Positions 20,231-29,439 of a DNA stretch of 64,000 nt are shown one piece after another. The stretch's first letter is position 1; every line of letters starts with the position of its first letter. Below the pieces are notes generated by a model. It did no database searches, was not told the DNA's origin, and saw nothing but the letters and a program-made list of their open reading frames with translations. Position numbers and translations under genes: made by a program. This stretch comes from an uncultured Planctomycetota bacterium (GTDB lineage: Bacteria; Planctomycetota; Phycisphaerae; Tepidisphaerales; Tepidisphaeraceae). The stretch covers positions 256,001-320,000 of the forward strand of contig CAWJEN010000006.1 of NCBI GenBank assembly GCA_963841915.1, written 5' to 3'.

Positions 20231-20968
20231 ATGCGACACGACTTTCTGCCGCGAAAGGATGCGGATCTTAAGGGATGGACGGGGAATTTCGCCCGGCAAC
20301 TGCGGCGGGAGCCGAGTCCGTATCCGGTCTCGCCGGCGGAGGCGGCGGCGTACGGGGTACTGCAGCGGCGGTTCGCCGAGCGGCTGCAGGCGGCGAGTGA
20401 CGAGGCGACGCGCGGGATCAAGACCGTCTACCTCAAGGACGAAACCCGGCGGGAGCTCGTGGCGGAGACGCGTCGTTTGGCAAAGCGGATTCGTGGGGCG
20501 GACGTCGAGCCGGGGCTGTTACTGGATGCCGGGCTGACGGTGCCGACACCGCGGCGGAAGGTGGCGAGCGCCGTCGAGGAGGTGCCGTGGCTGGTTGTCG
20601 AGATCGGCGCAGGCGGCGTGCTGGAGATCGGCCTGGGCCGCCCTGTCACGGGCACGACCGCCCGGCCGGCCGGGGCGACCGGGGCGTTGCTGCTGGCGTG
20701 CGTGCGTGACGCCGAGCCGCCGCGGACGCTGGGGGCGTGGGCGGTTGTCGGCACGACGACGACGACGCGGGCGACGCTGCGGCCGGGGGACGTGCCGGGT
20801 TGTGTCGAGGGGCCGGACGGATTGAATCGCCTGTGGCTGTCGGCGGCGTGGGTCGGGCCACGGCTGCAGGTGGGCGGCTTGGCCGAGCCGGTGCGGGCGG
20901 CGTCGGCTTGGGGGTCTTGCCTCACGCTTCCGGCGAACAACGGGCAGACGTTCAAGCAGGCGGCATGA
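20231..20968 (+). CDS. Hypothetical protein (helical N-terminus, Ig/FN3-like C-terminus)
   Basis: MRHDFLPRKDADL..W..NF N-terminus; beta-rich C-terminus with RPAGATG and AAWV motifs. Confidence 0.7.
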   Translation: MRHDFLPRKDADLKGWTGNFARQLRREPSPYPVSPAEAAAYGVLQRRFAERLQAASDEATRGIKTVYLKDETRRELVAETRRLAKRIRGADVEPGLLLDAGLTVPTPRRKVASAVEEVPWLVVEIGAGGVLEIGLGRPVTGTTARPAGATGALLLACVRDAEPPRTLGAWAVVGTTTTTRATLRPGDVPGCVEGPDGLNRLWLSAAWVGPRLQVGGLAEPVRAASAWGSCLTLPANNGQTFKQAA

Positions 20969-21534
20969 AGGGTCTCTCGGGTCGCCGTCTGCGGAGATCT
21001 GTGTCGGGTTCTCCGCCGTTGCCACCCCCCACCACCGACTCGGATCGCGCGGACGCAAACCATCTTCGGGAGCAGACCCCGCAGGACGACGTAAGGGTTC
21101 AGAACCTTATCGCGGCGGTCGTGACGCCACACCGGGTGTCACGATCTGAGCCGCTTTCTGACTTGGGCGAACCTTGAAGGTGCCGCGAAGCGTCGCCGAC
21201 ACGGGTGGTCCGCACGGTCAGCAGGCCGGCGTCGAGAGACGAGGCGTCGATCACCTCGAAGCCGCGGCGGACATGAGGGGCGAGGAATCGCGTCACGGTT
21301 CGGCCGGGGCAGCGGTCGCACAGCGGGTCGATGCCGGGCCACACGCCGCCGAGGTCGGCGCGAGGGCCGAGCGTCCTTCGGCCGGATCGTCTCCGTCGCG
21401 TCAGGTGGGATCGATCCGTCCGGATGAACAAGAGGGCGCGCAACGCTGATCTGCACCGTCCGCCCCTGCCTCCTGCGGACAAAGCGCGACGGGTTGCTCG
21501 ACCTTCAAGATTCGAACGTCCGCCACAAATTTCC

Positions 21535-21599
21535 TATGTCGCTGCCACATGGAGGAAGCCCTTCGATGGGCTCATCGAAGGGCTTGAACTCGCCAGAAG
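21535..21599 (+). pseudogene. Possible C-terminal remnant of a large serine recombinase at the tRNA-Pro 3' end, containing a 13-bp hairpin
   Basis: Translates to TWRKPFDGLIEGLELARSRADRI running into the tRNA; hairpin AAGCCCTTCGATG-GGCT-CATCGAAGGGCTT at 21556-21585. Confidence 0.45.
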
Positions 21600-21674
21600 T
21601 CGGGCTGACAGGATTCGAACCTGCGACCTCTTGACCCCCAGTCAAGCGCGCTAACCAAACTGCGCCACAGCCCG
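21600..21674 (-). tRNA. tRNA-Pro(GGG)
   Basis: Cloverleaf CGGGCTG...; anticodon arm CTTGA-CTGGGGG-TCAAG; T-loop GGTTCGAATCC. Confidence 0.96.
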
Positions 21675-21781
21675 TTGAGCCGACAGCCTACACGGGTCGT
21701 CCGACCACTTCCACCGCAAGATTCGCCGCGAGCCGACCGCTACACTGCCGCCCCTTGGCAGATGCAGCATTTAGCGGAACG

Positions 21782-23062
21782 ATGAATGTGGCCCTTCTCG
21801 GTTCCGGCGGACGGGAGCACGCCCTCGCGTGGAAACTGTGCCAATCGCCCCGGCTCGGCAAGCTTCACGCGTGGCCCGGCAACCCCGGCATCGCGGCCGT
21901 CTCGCCCAAAGTCACGTGTCGCGGCGTCAACATCAACGACGGGGCTGAGGTCGTTCGCCTCGCCAAAGAAGCCGACATCAAGCTGGTGATCGTCGGGCCA
22001 GAAGACCCGTTGGCCAAGGGCGTGGCAGACGCACTCGCCAAGGCCGGCATTGCCTGTTTCGGCCCGTCGCAAGCGGCGGCGAAGCTCGAGGCCGACAAGG
22101 CGTTCGCCAAGGACGTCATGAAGATCGCCAATGTCCCGACGGCAGAAAGCCGGACGTTCATCCGCTTCAACGAGGCCGACCGGTACGTCAAGCGACGCGA
22201 AGCGCCGATGGTCGTCAAGGCCGCAGGCTTGGCCAAGGGCAAAGGTGTCACGATCTGCCGCACCAATGCCGAAGCGGCAGAAGCGGTCAAGCAGATGATG
22301 AAACTCGACGCGTTCGGCGACGCCGGCCACACCGTCGTTGTCGAGGATCTTCTTGAGGGCGTCGAGTGCAGCCTGCTTGCCCTCGTCGACGGCCGCAGCA
22401 TTTACACGCTGCCCGCCTGCCAGGATCACAAACCCGTGGGCGACGGCAACACCGGCCCGATGACCGGCGGCATGGGCGCGTTCTGCCCTGCCGACACGCT
22501 CACGGATACGCTTCGCCAAAAGATCGAGACCGACGTCATCGTCCCGACGCTCGACGTCCTGGCACGCGACGACGTCACGTACCGCGGCTGCCTGTACGTC
22601 GGCCTGATGCTCACGAGCGACGGGCCACGCGTGCTGGAGTTCAACGTGCGCTTCGGTGATCCCGAGACGCAGCCCCTCATGGCTCGGTGGAAAGGCGATC
22701 TGCTTGAAGCGTTCTACGCGACGGCGACCGGCACTCTGGCCGACTTCGTCGACGGTGGCGGTATCGAATTTGCCGACGACGCGGCGGTGTGTGTCGTTGT
22801 CGCTAGTGGCGGTTACCCGGGCGATTATACCAGCGGCCGCGAAATCACGGGTGTTGATCAGGCTGACCTGCTTGAGGGCGTGCAGGTCTTCCACGCCGGC
22901 ACCGCGAGGCGTAGCGACACGCTTGTCACTGACGGCGGCCGCGTGCTGGGTGTGACGGCGACAGGCTCGAACCTCAAGCAGGCCCGCGAACGCGCTTATG
23001 CCGCGTGCGGCAAGATCAAGTTCGTCGGTGCCCACTACCGCAGCGATATCGGCAGTATGTGA
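21782..23062 (+). CDS. purD: Phosphoribosylamine-glycine ligase
   Basis: GSGGREHAL, GNPG, VGPE, GLAxGKGV, GPMTGGMG, EFNVRFGDPETQ and GGRVL motifs. Confidence 0.98.
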   Translation: MNVALLGSGGREHALAWKLCQSPRLGKLHAWPGNPGIAAVSPKVTCRGVNINDGAEVVRLAKEADIKLVIVGPEDPLAKGVADALAKAGIACFGPSQAAAKLEADKAFAKDVMKIANVPTAESRTFIRFNEADRYVKRREAPMVVKAAGLAKGKGVTICRTNAEAAEAVKQMMKLDAFGDAGHTVVVEDLLEGVECSLLALVDGRSIYTLPACQDHKPVGDGNTGPMTGGMGAFCPADTLTDTLRQKIETDVIVPTLDVLARDDVTYRGCLYVGLMLTSDGPRVLEFNVRFGDPETQPLMARWKGDLLEAFYATATGTLADFVDGGGIEFADDAAVCVVVASGGYPGDYTSGREITGVDQADLLEGVQVFHAGTARRSDTLVTDGGRVLGVTATGSNLKQARERAYAACGKIKFVGAHYRSDIGSM

Positions 23063-23072
23063 AGGATCGGCT

Positions 23073-24971
23073 ATGCAAGAGGCAAGCGCCAGGCTGACGT
23101 CGTGGCCTGCCGCGATCGTGGCGGCGGCGCTGATTTGCCTGGCGCTTTGGCCGGCAACGCGATGGGTGGAGCTCTCCACCGGTAGCGAACAACTCGTCGT
23201 CGCTGCTGCACTGGAATCGCAACGGGACGGTTCATGGCAACGCCGCCTGGTCCCGCAGATGGCCGGCGAGCCACGGCTTCGCAAACCGCCGCTGACAACG
23301 TGGCTGGCCATGGCCGTCGTCTCGCCCGACGAAGCGCGACATCTAGCAAAACCCACCGGAGCCGCGGTCCCACGGACCGCCGGTCTGACGACGAGCGAAG
23401 CACCGGCGCTTCACGCTTCCAGCCAGGCGTCTTCCGCTTCGCAAGATCGCATCCAGAAAGACACGACCGCGGCGCCATCGACTTCGTCAGACCAACGGTC
23501 CGTGGAACCGGGGCTCTCGACCTCTCTCGACGATGATGGATTTCGCTCGCTCGCCGGTCGGATCCGCGGCGTCGCGTTGCTGCTGGGACTCGCGACGCTG
23601 CTGCTGACGTACGAGCTGGGCCGAGTGCTGTCTGACAGCCGCCTTATCGGGATGGCGTCGCTGCTGATTTGCGGGTCGACATTCTTCTTCGCCGAGCAAT
23701 TTTCGCGGCTGACAACTGACGTGGTGTTGGCGACGACGGTCGTCGCGGCCAACGTTGCCTTTGCCCACGCGGTGCTTCAGGGGCGACGCATCGGTTGGGT
23801 CGTGGCAGGCATGGTCCTGGGGCTTTCGTTCATGGCCAAGGGGCCCGTGGGGGTGCTACAGACGGTGGTGCCTTTGGGCGTGTTTTTTGTATTCGCTCGA
23901 AGCCGACTGCGGGTTGCAGACCCGCAGCTACCTTGGGTTTCGCTGCTTCTGGGGGTTGTTCTGTTCCTTCTCGTGGCTCTGCCTTGGTTCGGATACGTGC
24001 TAGCGAGCGAGCCCGGGGCTTGGGCGACGTGGACGCAGGAAGTGGCGCGGACGGACGCGACGGTGCCGACGAGCAAGCCGCTGGCGTACCTCGTGCTGCC
24101 GTTGCTGGTGGGGCCTTGGACCATCTTCGCGGTGCTGGGGCTACTGACGGCAACGATCGAGATCGTGCGGCGAGCAGGTTGGCGGCCACGTTTCCTGCGT
24201 GCGATCGGCCGCGTGCGGGCGAGCGGGCTGCTGTGGGCGCTGCTGATGGTGCTCGTGCCGATCGTCATCATGACGCTCTTCCGCGACCGCAAGGACCGGT
24301 ACCTCTTACCGATGATTCCGCCATTGTGCGTCTTGGCGGCGATGGCGTTGCAGATGGTGTTTGCCGACATTCGTCGGCGACCGGTGGCCGCTTCGCTGGC
24401 GATCGGCGGGCACTGGCTCATCGTGTTGGTGCTCGTCGTGGGCTTGCCGATCACGATGACGCAGTTGCCGCGGGATCAGTACGACGACGCGACGCCTTGG
24501 ATGAGCGGCACGCTCGGGTGGACGCTGGCCTCGATCGGCCTGATGCTTTGGGTTGTTGGGGTTTTGGCTTGGAAGGTCGCAAAGCCACTGAAGTGGCGTT
24601 GCCGGGGTGAGTCGTTGATCTGCGTCGCGACGTGTCTGTTGTTCCTTTACGCCTCGAACGTCTTTTTATGGGGTTACTCGACCAGCCGAGAGGCGCAGGC
24701 CGACCTCAAGCCGATCGCCGAAGCCATCGTCGCAGGTGCTCCGAACGCGGCGGTGTGGCATGGCGAACCGTTCGTGCCGCCCGATCTGCTCATCTACAGC
24801 GGCCGCGTCATCAGGCCGCTTCCGAGCGATCTGCCGCCAGGGCAGCACGTTTATGTCGTTAGGCAGCGGCGCAGCGACATTGATCCCGAACCGACCATGC
24901 CGCCGCCCTGGCGACTCCTGGCAACGGCCCGTCGTGATCGCAGTCTGTGGTGGGCATTTATCACGGATTGA
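23073..24971 (+). CDS. ArnT/PMT-like (GT39/GT83) membrane glycosyltransferase
   Basis: RLRKPPL..W, MAKGPVG, PW and RYLLP motifs; many TM helices. Confidence 0.85.
   Translation: MQEASARLTSWPAAIVAAALICLALWPATRWVELSTGSEQLVVAAALESQRDGSWQRRLVPQMAGEPRLRKPPLTTWLAMAVVSPDEARHLAKPTGAAVPRTAGLTTSEAPALHASSQASSASQDRIQKDTTAAPSTSSDQRSVEPGLSTSLDDDGFRSLAGRIRGVALLLGLATLLLTYELGRVLSDSRLIGMASLLICGSTFFFAEQFSRLTTDVVLATTVVAANVAFAHAVLQGRRIGWVVAGMVLGLSFMAKGPVGVLQTVVPLGVFFVFARSRLRVADPQLPWVSLLLGVVLFLLVALPWFGYVLASEPGAWATWTQEVARTDATVPTSKPLAYLVLPLLVGPWTIFAVLGLLTATIEIVRRAGWRPRFLRAIGRVRASGLLWALLMVLVPIVIMTLFRDRKDRYLLPMIPPLCVLAAMALQMVFADIRRRPVAASLAIGGHWLIVLVLVVGLPITMTQLPRDQYDDATPWMSGTLGWTLASIGLMLWVVGVLAWKVAKPLKWRCRGESLICVATCLLFLYASNVFLWGYSTSREAQADLKPIAEAIVAGAPNAAVWHGEPFVPPDLLIYSGRVIRPLPSDLPPGQHVYVVRQRRSDIDPEPTMPPPWRLLATARRDRSLWWAFITD
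23358..23516. repeat. REPIN/MITE-like inverted-repeat element inside the ArnT-like CDS
   Basis: 23359-23391 matches the reverse complement of 23484-23516 at 29/33; each arm holds a CGGTYCCACGGACCG hairpin. Confidence 0.75.
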
Positions 24972-25524
24972 GCAGCGTCATCGACCACGTACCGTCGCCG
25001 CCGAGCCGGTATCGCTCGCGGCGGTGCAGGCGGGCCTCGCCGTCGTGCCAGATCTCGATGTCATCGGCGACAATCCGCCAGCCGCCCCAATGCGGCGGCC
25101 TCGGCACCTCGCCCGGATACGTCGCCTCCACCTCCGCCACGCGACGCTTCAGATCTTCAAAATCGTCCAAAGGCCGCGACTGCTCGCTCGCCCACGCCCC
25201 AACCTGACTGCCACGCGGTCGACTGGCGAAGTAAGCGTCGCTCTCGGCGGGCGTGACCTTCTCCACCCGGCCGGCGACGCGGACCTGCATGAGCGTCTCG
25301 TGCCAGTACACCGCCATCGCCGCACACGGGTTGGCGGTCAGATCGGCTGACTTGTCGCTCTCGTAGTTCGTAAAGAAGACAACGCCCCGCTCGTCGACAC
25401 CTTTGACGAGCACCACGCGCGCCCGCGGCCTGCCGGACGCGTCGACGGTCGCCAGTGTCACCGCATTTGGCAGGTCACGCGTCGGCCGCTGTAGTTCCTG
25501 TCGCACACGGTCGAGCGGATTCAT
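24961..25524 (-). CDS. pdxH: Pyridoxamine 5'-phosphate oxidase
   Basis: RVVLVK, FFTNYESDK, QVRV.G, YFASRPRGSQ.GAWAS.QS, PPHWGG and RLHRR motifs. Confidence 0.95.
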   Translation of the reverse strand: MNPLDRVRQELQRPTRDLPNAVTLATVDASGRPRARVVLVKGVDERGVVFFTNYESDKSADLTANPCAAMAVYWHETLMQVRVAGRVEKVTPAESDAYFASRPRGSQVGAWASEQSRPLDDFEDLKRRVAEVEATYPGEVPRPPHWGGWRIVADDIEIWHDGEARLHRRERYRLGGDGTWSMTLLNP

Positions 25525-25537
25525 GCCAATCCCAACT

Positions 25538-25969
25538 TCAGATGTGGTACATCACGTCGTCGGACCCGGCGGCGCGTCTGGCGTCCTCGGACAAGTCCGA
25601 CAGCGTCCAATCGCCGCACGTCTTGTTCTGCTGGTCGGCCAGCCGATCGGCGACCATGGCGACGGCACGTGATCCAACGGTCGGCGGCTCGGGCGTATCG
25701 AGCTCGTCCGTCGGCTCTAACGCCTCGAGCACCTGCCGCACCGTGATCTGCGTCGGCGGCCTGCGGAGGCGATACCCGCCGCCGCTACCGACTTTGCTTT
25801 CGAGCAGGCCGGCCCGACGCAGGACGAGCAGCACCTGCTCGAGGAACTTGGTCGGCATCTTTTCGCCGTCCGCCAGATCCCGCGACTGCGCAAAACCACC
25901 GGCCGAATGGAGGGCGGCCAGCCGCACCGCAGCCCGCAGGCCATATTGAGTTCGCTTTGACAGGTGCAA
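25538..25969 (-). CDS. Rrf2 family transcriptional regulator
   Basis: YGLRA, KFLEQVL..LRRAGLLES..G.GGGY.L; TTG start. Confidence 0.92.
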   Translation of the reverse strand: MHLSKRTQYGLRAAVRLAALHSAGGFAQSRDLADGEKMPTKFLEQVLLVLRRAGLLESKVGSGGGYRLRRPPTQITVRQVLEALEPTDELDTPEPPTVGSRAVAMVADRLADQQNKTCGDWTLSDLSEDARRAAGSDDVMYHI

Positions 25970-26019
25970 CGCTCAGCCCCCAGACAGGTGAATAGCTCGT
26001 GATCTACGCTCGTCACGCT

Positions 26020-27858
26020 ATGCCCGGTCGTCTTCGTTTGTTCATCGTGCTGCTCGTCGGCCTGCTCTCGGTCACGCCAGCCGTGGCACAAACAGGCCTC
26101 GACCTCTTCGGTGATACTGCACCCAAACCGGCGTTCGGCGACAAAGCAACCGTCGAAGCGTCAGCCAACTTCGAGACGGTCCAGCCCGGTCAGCAGGTCG
26201 TCATCGCCATCGTGCTCGATGTCGTCGATGGGTATCACGCACAGTCTGCCACGCCGCTGACCGACAACCTCATCGCCTTCCGCATCGACTCCACCGGCGA
26301 CGACTACACCGCTTACGAACCGACCTACGCCCCCGGCAAGGTCAAGATCTATCCGCTGCTCTCGCCCGAGACGCAGGGCAAAGTCGACCTGTACGAAGGC
26401 CGCTCGGTTCACTACGTGCCGGTCGAGATCGATCCCGACACAACCGTCGGCTCGACCATTACCATCACCGGCACGGCCACGTATCAGGCGTGCGACGACC
26501 AGTCGTGCGACCCGCCGACGACGGTCGACTGGTCGGTCGCTCTGCCGGTCGTCGCACGCGAGGTCGAGACCGCCGACCAGGCGTTGTTTGCGGACTTTGA
26601 CCCGACGACATGGACGCGGCTGCAGGAAGCGACAGGCGCGTCCCAGGCGTTCAACCTCTTCGGCTGGGAACTCGACCTGGCCAACTTCAACACGCTGGGC
26701 GTACTGGCGCTTGCCTTTGTCGCGGGCATCTTGTTCAACGTCGTGCCGTGCGTGCTGCCGGTGCTGCCTTTAAAGGCGATCAGCTTTTACGAAGCGAGCC
26801 AGCACCGCCGCGGCCGGACGATCGTGCTCGGGCTTGCGTTCGGCCTGGGCGTCGTACTCGTCTTCGTGGCGCTGGGCATCATGCTGTTTTCGCTGAAGCT
26901 CTTTACCTGGGGCGAGCCGTTCAGCAATCCGTGGTTCAGCGGCATCGTCGCACTCGTGCTGCTGGTGATGGCGGCCTACCAGTTCGACGTCATCACCTTC
27001 GCGCTGCCGATGAAGGTCTACTCGCTGACACCGCGCCACGACACCGTCACCGGCAACATCGCCTTCGGCGGCCTGACCGCCGTCCTGTCGACGCCCTGCA
27101 CGTTCGGCCTCTTTGCCGCCCTGCTGTCGTGGGCACTGGCACAGGAAGCGTGGCTCGCCGTCCTCGGCATCACTGTGGTCGGCATCGGCATGGCATCGCC
27201 TTACGTGTTGCTCAGCGCATTCCCCGAAAGCGCCCGCAAAATCCCTCGCAGCGGCCCGGTCAGCGACGTCGTCAAGAAAGCGACCGGCTTCCTCGTCCTG
27301 GCCATTGCTGTCTTCTTCGCCAAGGTCGCCCTACGCCCGATCCTGCCGGGCTTTATCAGCGGCAACGCGTACTGGTGGCTCGTCTTCGTCCCCGTCGCTG
27401 CGGCGTGCGTGTTCCTCATCGTCCAGGGCAGCCGCGCCACGGGTCGCATCGGCACGGCCATCTGCATCACGCTCGGCGTGGGCACGTTGATCGCCGCGCT
27501 GATCTTCACCGGCCGCCTGGCCAGCGAGCCTTTCGAGAAGTTCGACACCGCCCGACTCGCCAGCATCGAGAACCCGATTGTCGTCAAGTTCACCGCCGAC
27601 TGGTGTCTCAACTGCAAGACCATCGAAGCTCGCGTCTTCGGCGACAGCGACTACGTCGACGGCCTGCGATCGGACGACGTCACGCTGCTCAAGGCAGACC
27701 TCAGCGACGCCGACGCCGAAGGCTGGGCATTGCTCGAGGAGCTCAATCCCTCGCGATCGATTCCCTTCACGGCCGTCTACCTCCCCGGTGAATCCCGCCC
27801 GCGGACGCTCACCGGCATGTACAGCGCCGACGACCTTGACGCTGCATTGCAGAAGTAG
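26020..27858 (+). CDS. dsbD: Thiol:disulfide interchange protein (DsbD-like)
   Basis: N-terminal domain with YQACDDQSC; TM domain with PCVLPVLP and STPCT; C-terminal thioredoxin FTADWCLNC. Confidence 0.9.
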   Translation: MPGRLRLFIVLLVGLLSVTPAVAQTGLDLFGDTAPKPAFGDKATVEASANFETVQPGQQVVIAIVLDVVDGYHAQSATPLTDNLIAFRIDSTGDDYTAYEPTYAPGKVKIYPLLSPETQGKVDLYEGRSVHYVPVEIDPDTTVGSTITITGTATYQACDDQSCDPPTTVDWSVALPVVAREVETADQALFADFDPTTWTRLQEATGASQAFNLFGWELDLANFNTLGVLALAFVAGILFNVVPCVLPVLPLKAISFYEASQHRRGRTIVLGLAFGLGVVLVFVALGIMLFSLKLFTWGEPFSNPWFSGIVALVLLVMAAYQFDVITFALPMKVYSLTPRHDTVTGNIAFGGLTAVLSTPCTFGLFAALLSWALAQEAWLAVLGITVVGIGMASPYVLLSAFPESARKIPRSGPVSDVVKKATGFLVLAIAVFFAKVALRPILPGFISGNAYWWLVFVPVAAACVFLIVQGSRATGRIGTAICITLGVGTLIAALIFTGRLASEPFEKFDTARLASIENPIVVKFTADWCLNCKTIEARVFGDSDYVDGLRSDDVTLLKADLSDADAEGWALLEELNPSRSIPFTAVYLPGESRPRTLTGMYSADDLDAALQK

Positions 27859-27899
27859 GCATCTCTGGAAGCGGAAAGACACAGCCATAGAAACGTCGC

Positions 27900-28580
27900 G
27901 TGCACTGGGCCTTTGACGAAGTCGCCGACGCTGTAGGCCGTGCGTTGGAACAAGCCGAGGCTGATTTGCGGCTGGAGCAGGCGGTGTACGGGCTCGACGC
28001 AATGAAGGAGGTGCCGTTGCAGGGCGTCCTCGCCGACGGGCTATCGGCGTCGGGATTCTGCAGCGTCACGCGTGAGGCCCATTACCCGTCGGATCTGTCA
28101 AAGAAAAAGCCCGGTCGGCGGCGGTGCGACCTGGTGCTGACGAAGCCTGGCACGTCGTTGCTGCAGGCCGATGCGGTCGACCTGTTCACGCCGACCGACG
28201 CCTCTCCGCCCGGTGAGGCGTTGTGGCTGGAGGTGAAGGTCGCCCACCAGTTTGCCGAAGGTGGCAGACGGCACAGCGGCTACGGCGAGCAATGGCGTGG
28301 TGCAACCATACGCGACCTGCAAAAGATGGAGACCGAGACCGCTGTCCGTGAGGCCGGTCTGCTGCTGATCGCCTTTACCGGTGACGAGGCGACGGTGGAC
28401 AGTGACCTGGAGCTGTTCGAGACGGTGCTGGCCCGCAAGGAGGTGCTTGCCGGGTTCCGCCAGGTGCGTGGGTTGCCGATCCTCGAACGCAACGGCCACA
28501 CCCGCGTGACGGCAGCGCTCTGGCCGACGATTCAGCGACCGGCCGACCAGACGGCACAGCCGCTCGATTCCGCACCGTGA
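27900..28580 (+). CDS. Hypothetical protein with a PD-(D/E)XK-like signature
   Basis: REAHYP...RCDLVL...LWLEVK...DL.K pattern. Confidence 0.6.
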   Translation: MHWAFDEVADAVGRALEQAEADLRLEQAVYGLDAMKEVPLQGVLADGLSASGFCSVTREAHYPSDLSKKKPGRRRCDLVLTKPGTSLLQADAVDLFTPTDASPPGEALWLEVKVAHQFAEGGRRHSGYGEQWRGATIRDLQKMETETAVREAGLLLIAFTGDEATVDSDLELFETVLARKEVLAGFRQVRGLPILERNGHTRVTAALWPTIQRPADQTAQPLDSAP

Positions 28581-28612
28581 CGCAAATGGACGTCGCTGGT
28601 ACGGTTCGAGAC

Positions 28613-29203
28613 ATGTTCGACACCACCAACCGCTCCTGGATCTCACTCGCTGCCGCCTCTGCCCTTGTCGTCGGCGGGCTGACGCTCGTCGGCTGTGACG
28701 ACGGCGACGAATACGAAGGCGATGCCTCTGCGCCTGCCGAAAGGGTCGACGCGCCGGACGTCGGCGAAGAGTCCTTCAATGCTGCCGACTTCGCCGAAAA
28801 GGCTGGCGAAACCGCAAAGGCGGCCGTCGCCGATGTCAAGAAGGAGATCGACGAGGTCATGGCCGGCGACGGCACGGCTGCTGAGAAAATGTCGTCGCTC
28901 CTCGAGACCGGTCAAGAGCGGTTTGCCTCACTCAGCTCCAGCTTCAGCGACGACGGCGACGAAGCCACCGGTTCGTTCTTCGGGTCGCTCAATGACAAGT
29001 TCGACGGCCTGAAAGAAGCCGTGTCGAGTAAGAACTACACCGGCCTGGCGTCGCAGTTCTCGTCGCTGCAAAACCTCGAGATCCCGGCCGCGGCCAAGCC
29101 TTACGTCGAGCCGTACATGGAGAGCATCAAGGGTTTGATTCCCAAGCTGACGAGCGGCAACATCGGTGAGGCCGCCGGTAAGCTGCTCGGTGGTGGCGAG
29201 TAG
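28613..29203 (+). CDS. Hypothetical lipoprotein
   Basis: Hydrophobic signal ending LVGC, followed by an acidic, helical body. Confidence 0.7.
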   Translation: MFDTTNRSWISLAAASALVVGGLTLVGCDDGDEYEGDASAPAERVDAPDVGEESFNAADFAEKAGETAKAAVADVKKEIDEVMAGDGTAAEKMSSLLETGQERFASLSSSFSDDGDEATGSFFGSLNDKFDGLKEAVSSKNYTGLASQFSSLQNLEIPAAAKPYVEPYMESIKGLIPKLTSGNIGEAAGKLLGGGE

Positions 29204-29251
29204 GCGTCCCTCTGCCGAGGGTTTCCGTCGCAGTCTCATGAAACCCAGCCC

Positions 29252-29285
29252 TCGCCCGCGCATGAACAATGCGTGGGCGATTTTT
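29252..29285 (+). terminator. Rho-independent terminator of the lipoprotein gene
   Basis: TCGCCCGCGCAT-GAACA-ATGCGTGGGCGA-TTTTT. Confidence 0.75.
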
Positions 29286-29405
29286 GTGGACACTGTTGAT
29301 GCCCAACGGTCGGCACAGCCGACATAACCTGCAGGCAGCAACGTTAAACTTCACAAAGCGTTCGACCGAGACAAACCCGATAACTAACAAGTTGTCACAC
29401 GACCA

Positions 29406-29433
29406 TTGACAGACACCCACGCCCCCGTATGAT
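29406..29433 (+). promoter_or_regulatory. Sigma70-type promoter
   Basis: TTGACA-N16-TATGAT within an AT-rich intergenic region. Confidence 0.7.
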
Positions 29434-29439
29434 AACTTG

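Noticed and set aside
21040..21110. c-di-GMP-I riboswitch (GGACGCAAA)
   Set aside because: Lacks the upstream GGCAAAC/GNRA stem and a suitably placed downstream gene.
1..21600. Second att copy of the tRNA-Pro 3' end
   Set aside because: None found by eye in the window, so island boundaries are not called.
29281..29400. oriC / DnaA-box cluster in the AT-rich intergenic region
   Set aside because: Only one imperfect box-like 9-mer; better explained as the upstream region of the candidate sRNA promoter.
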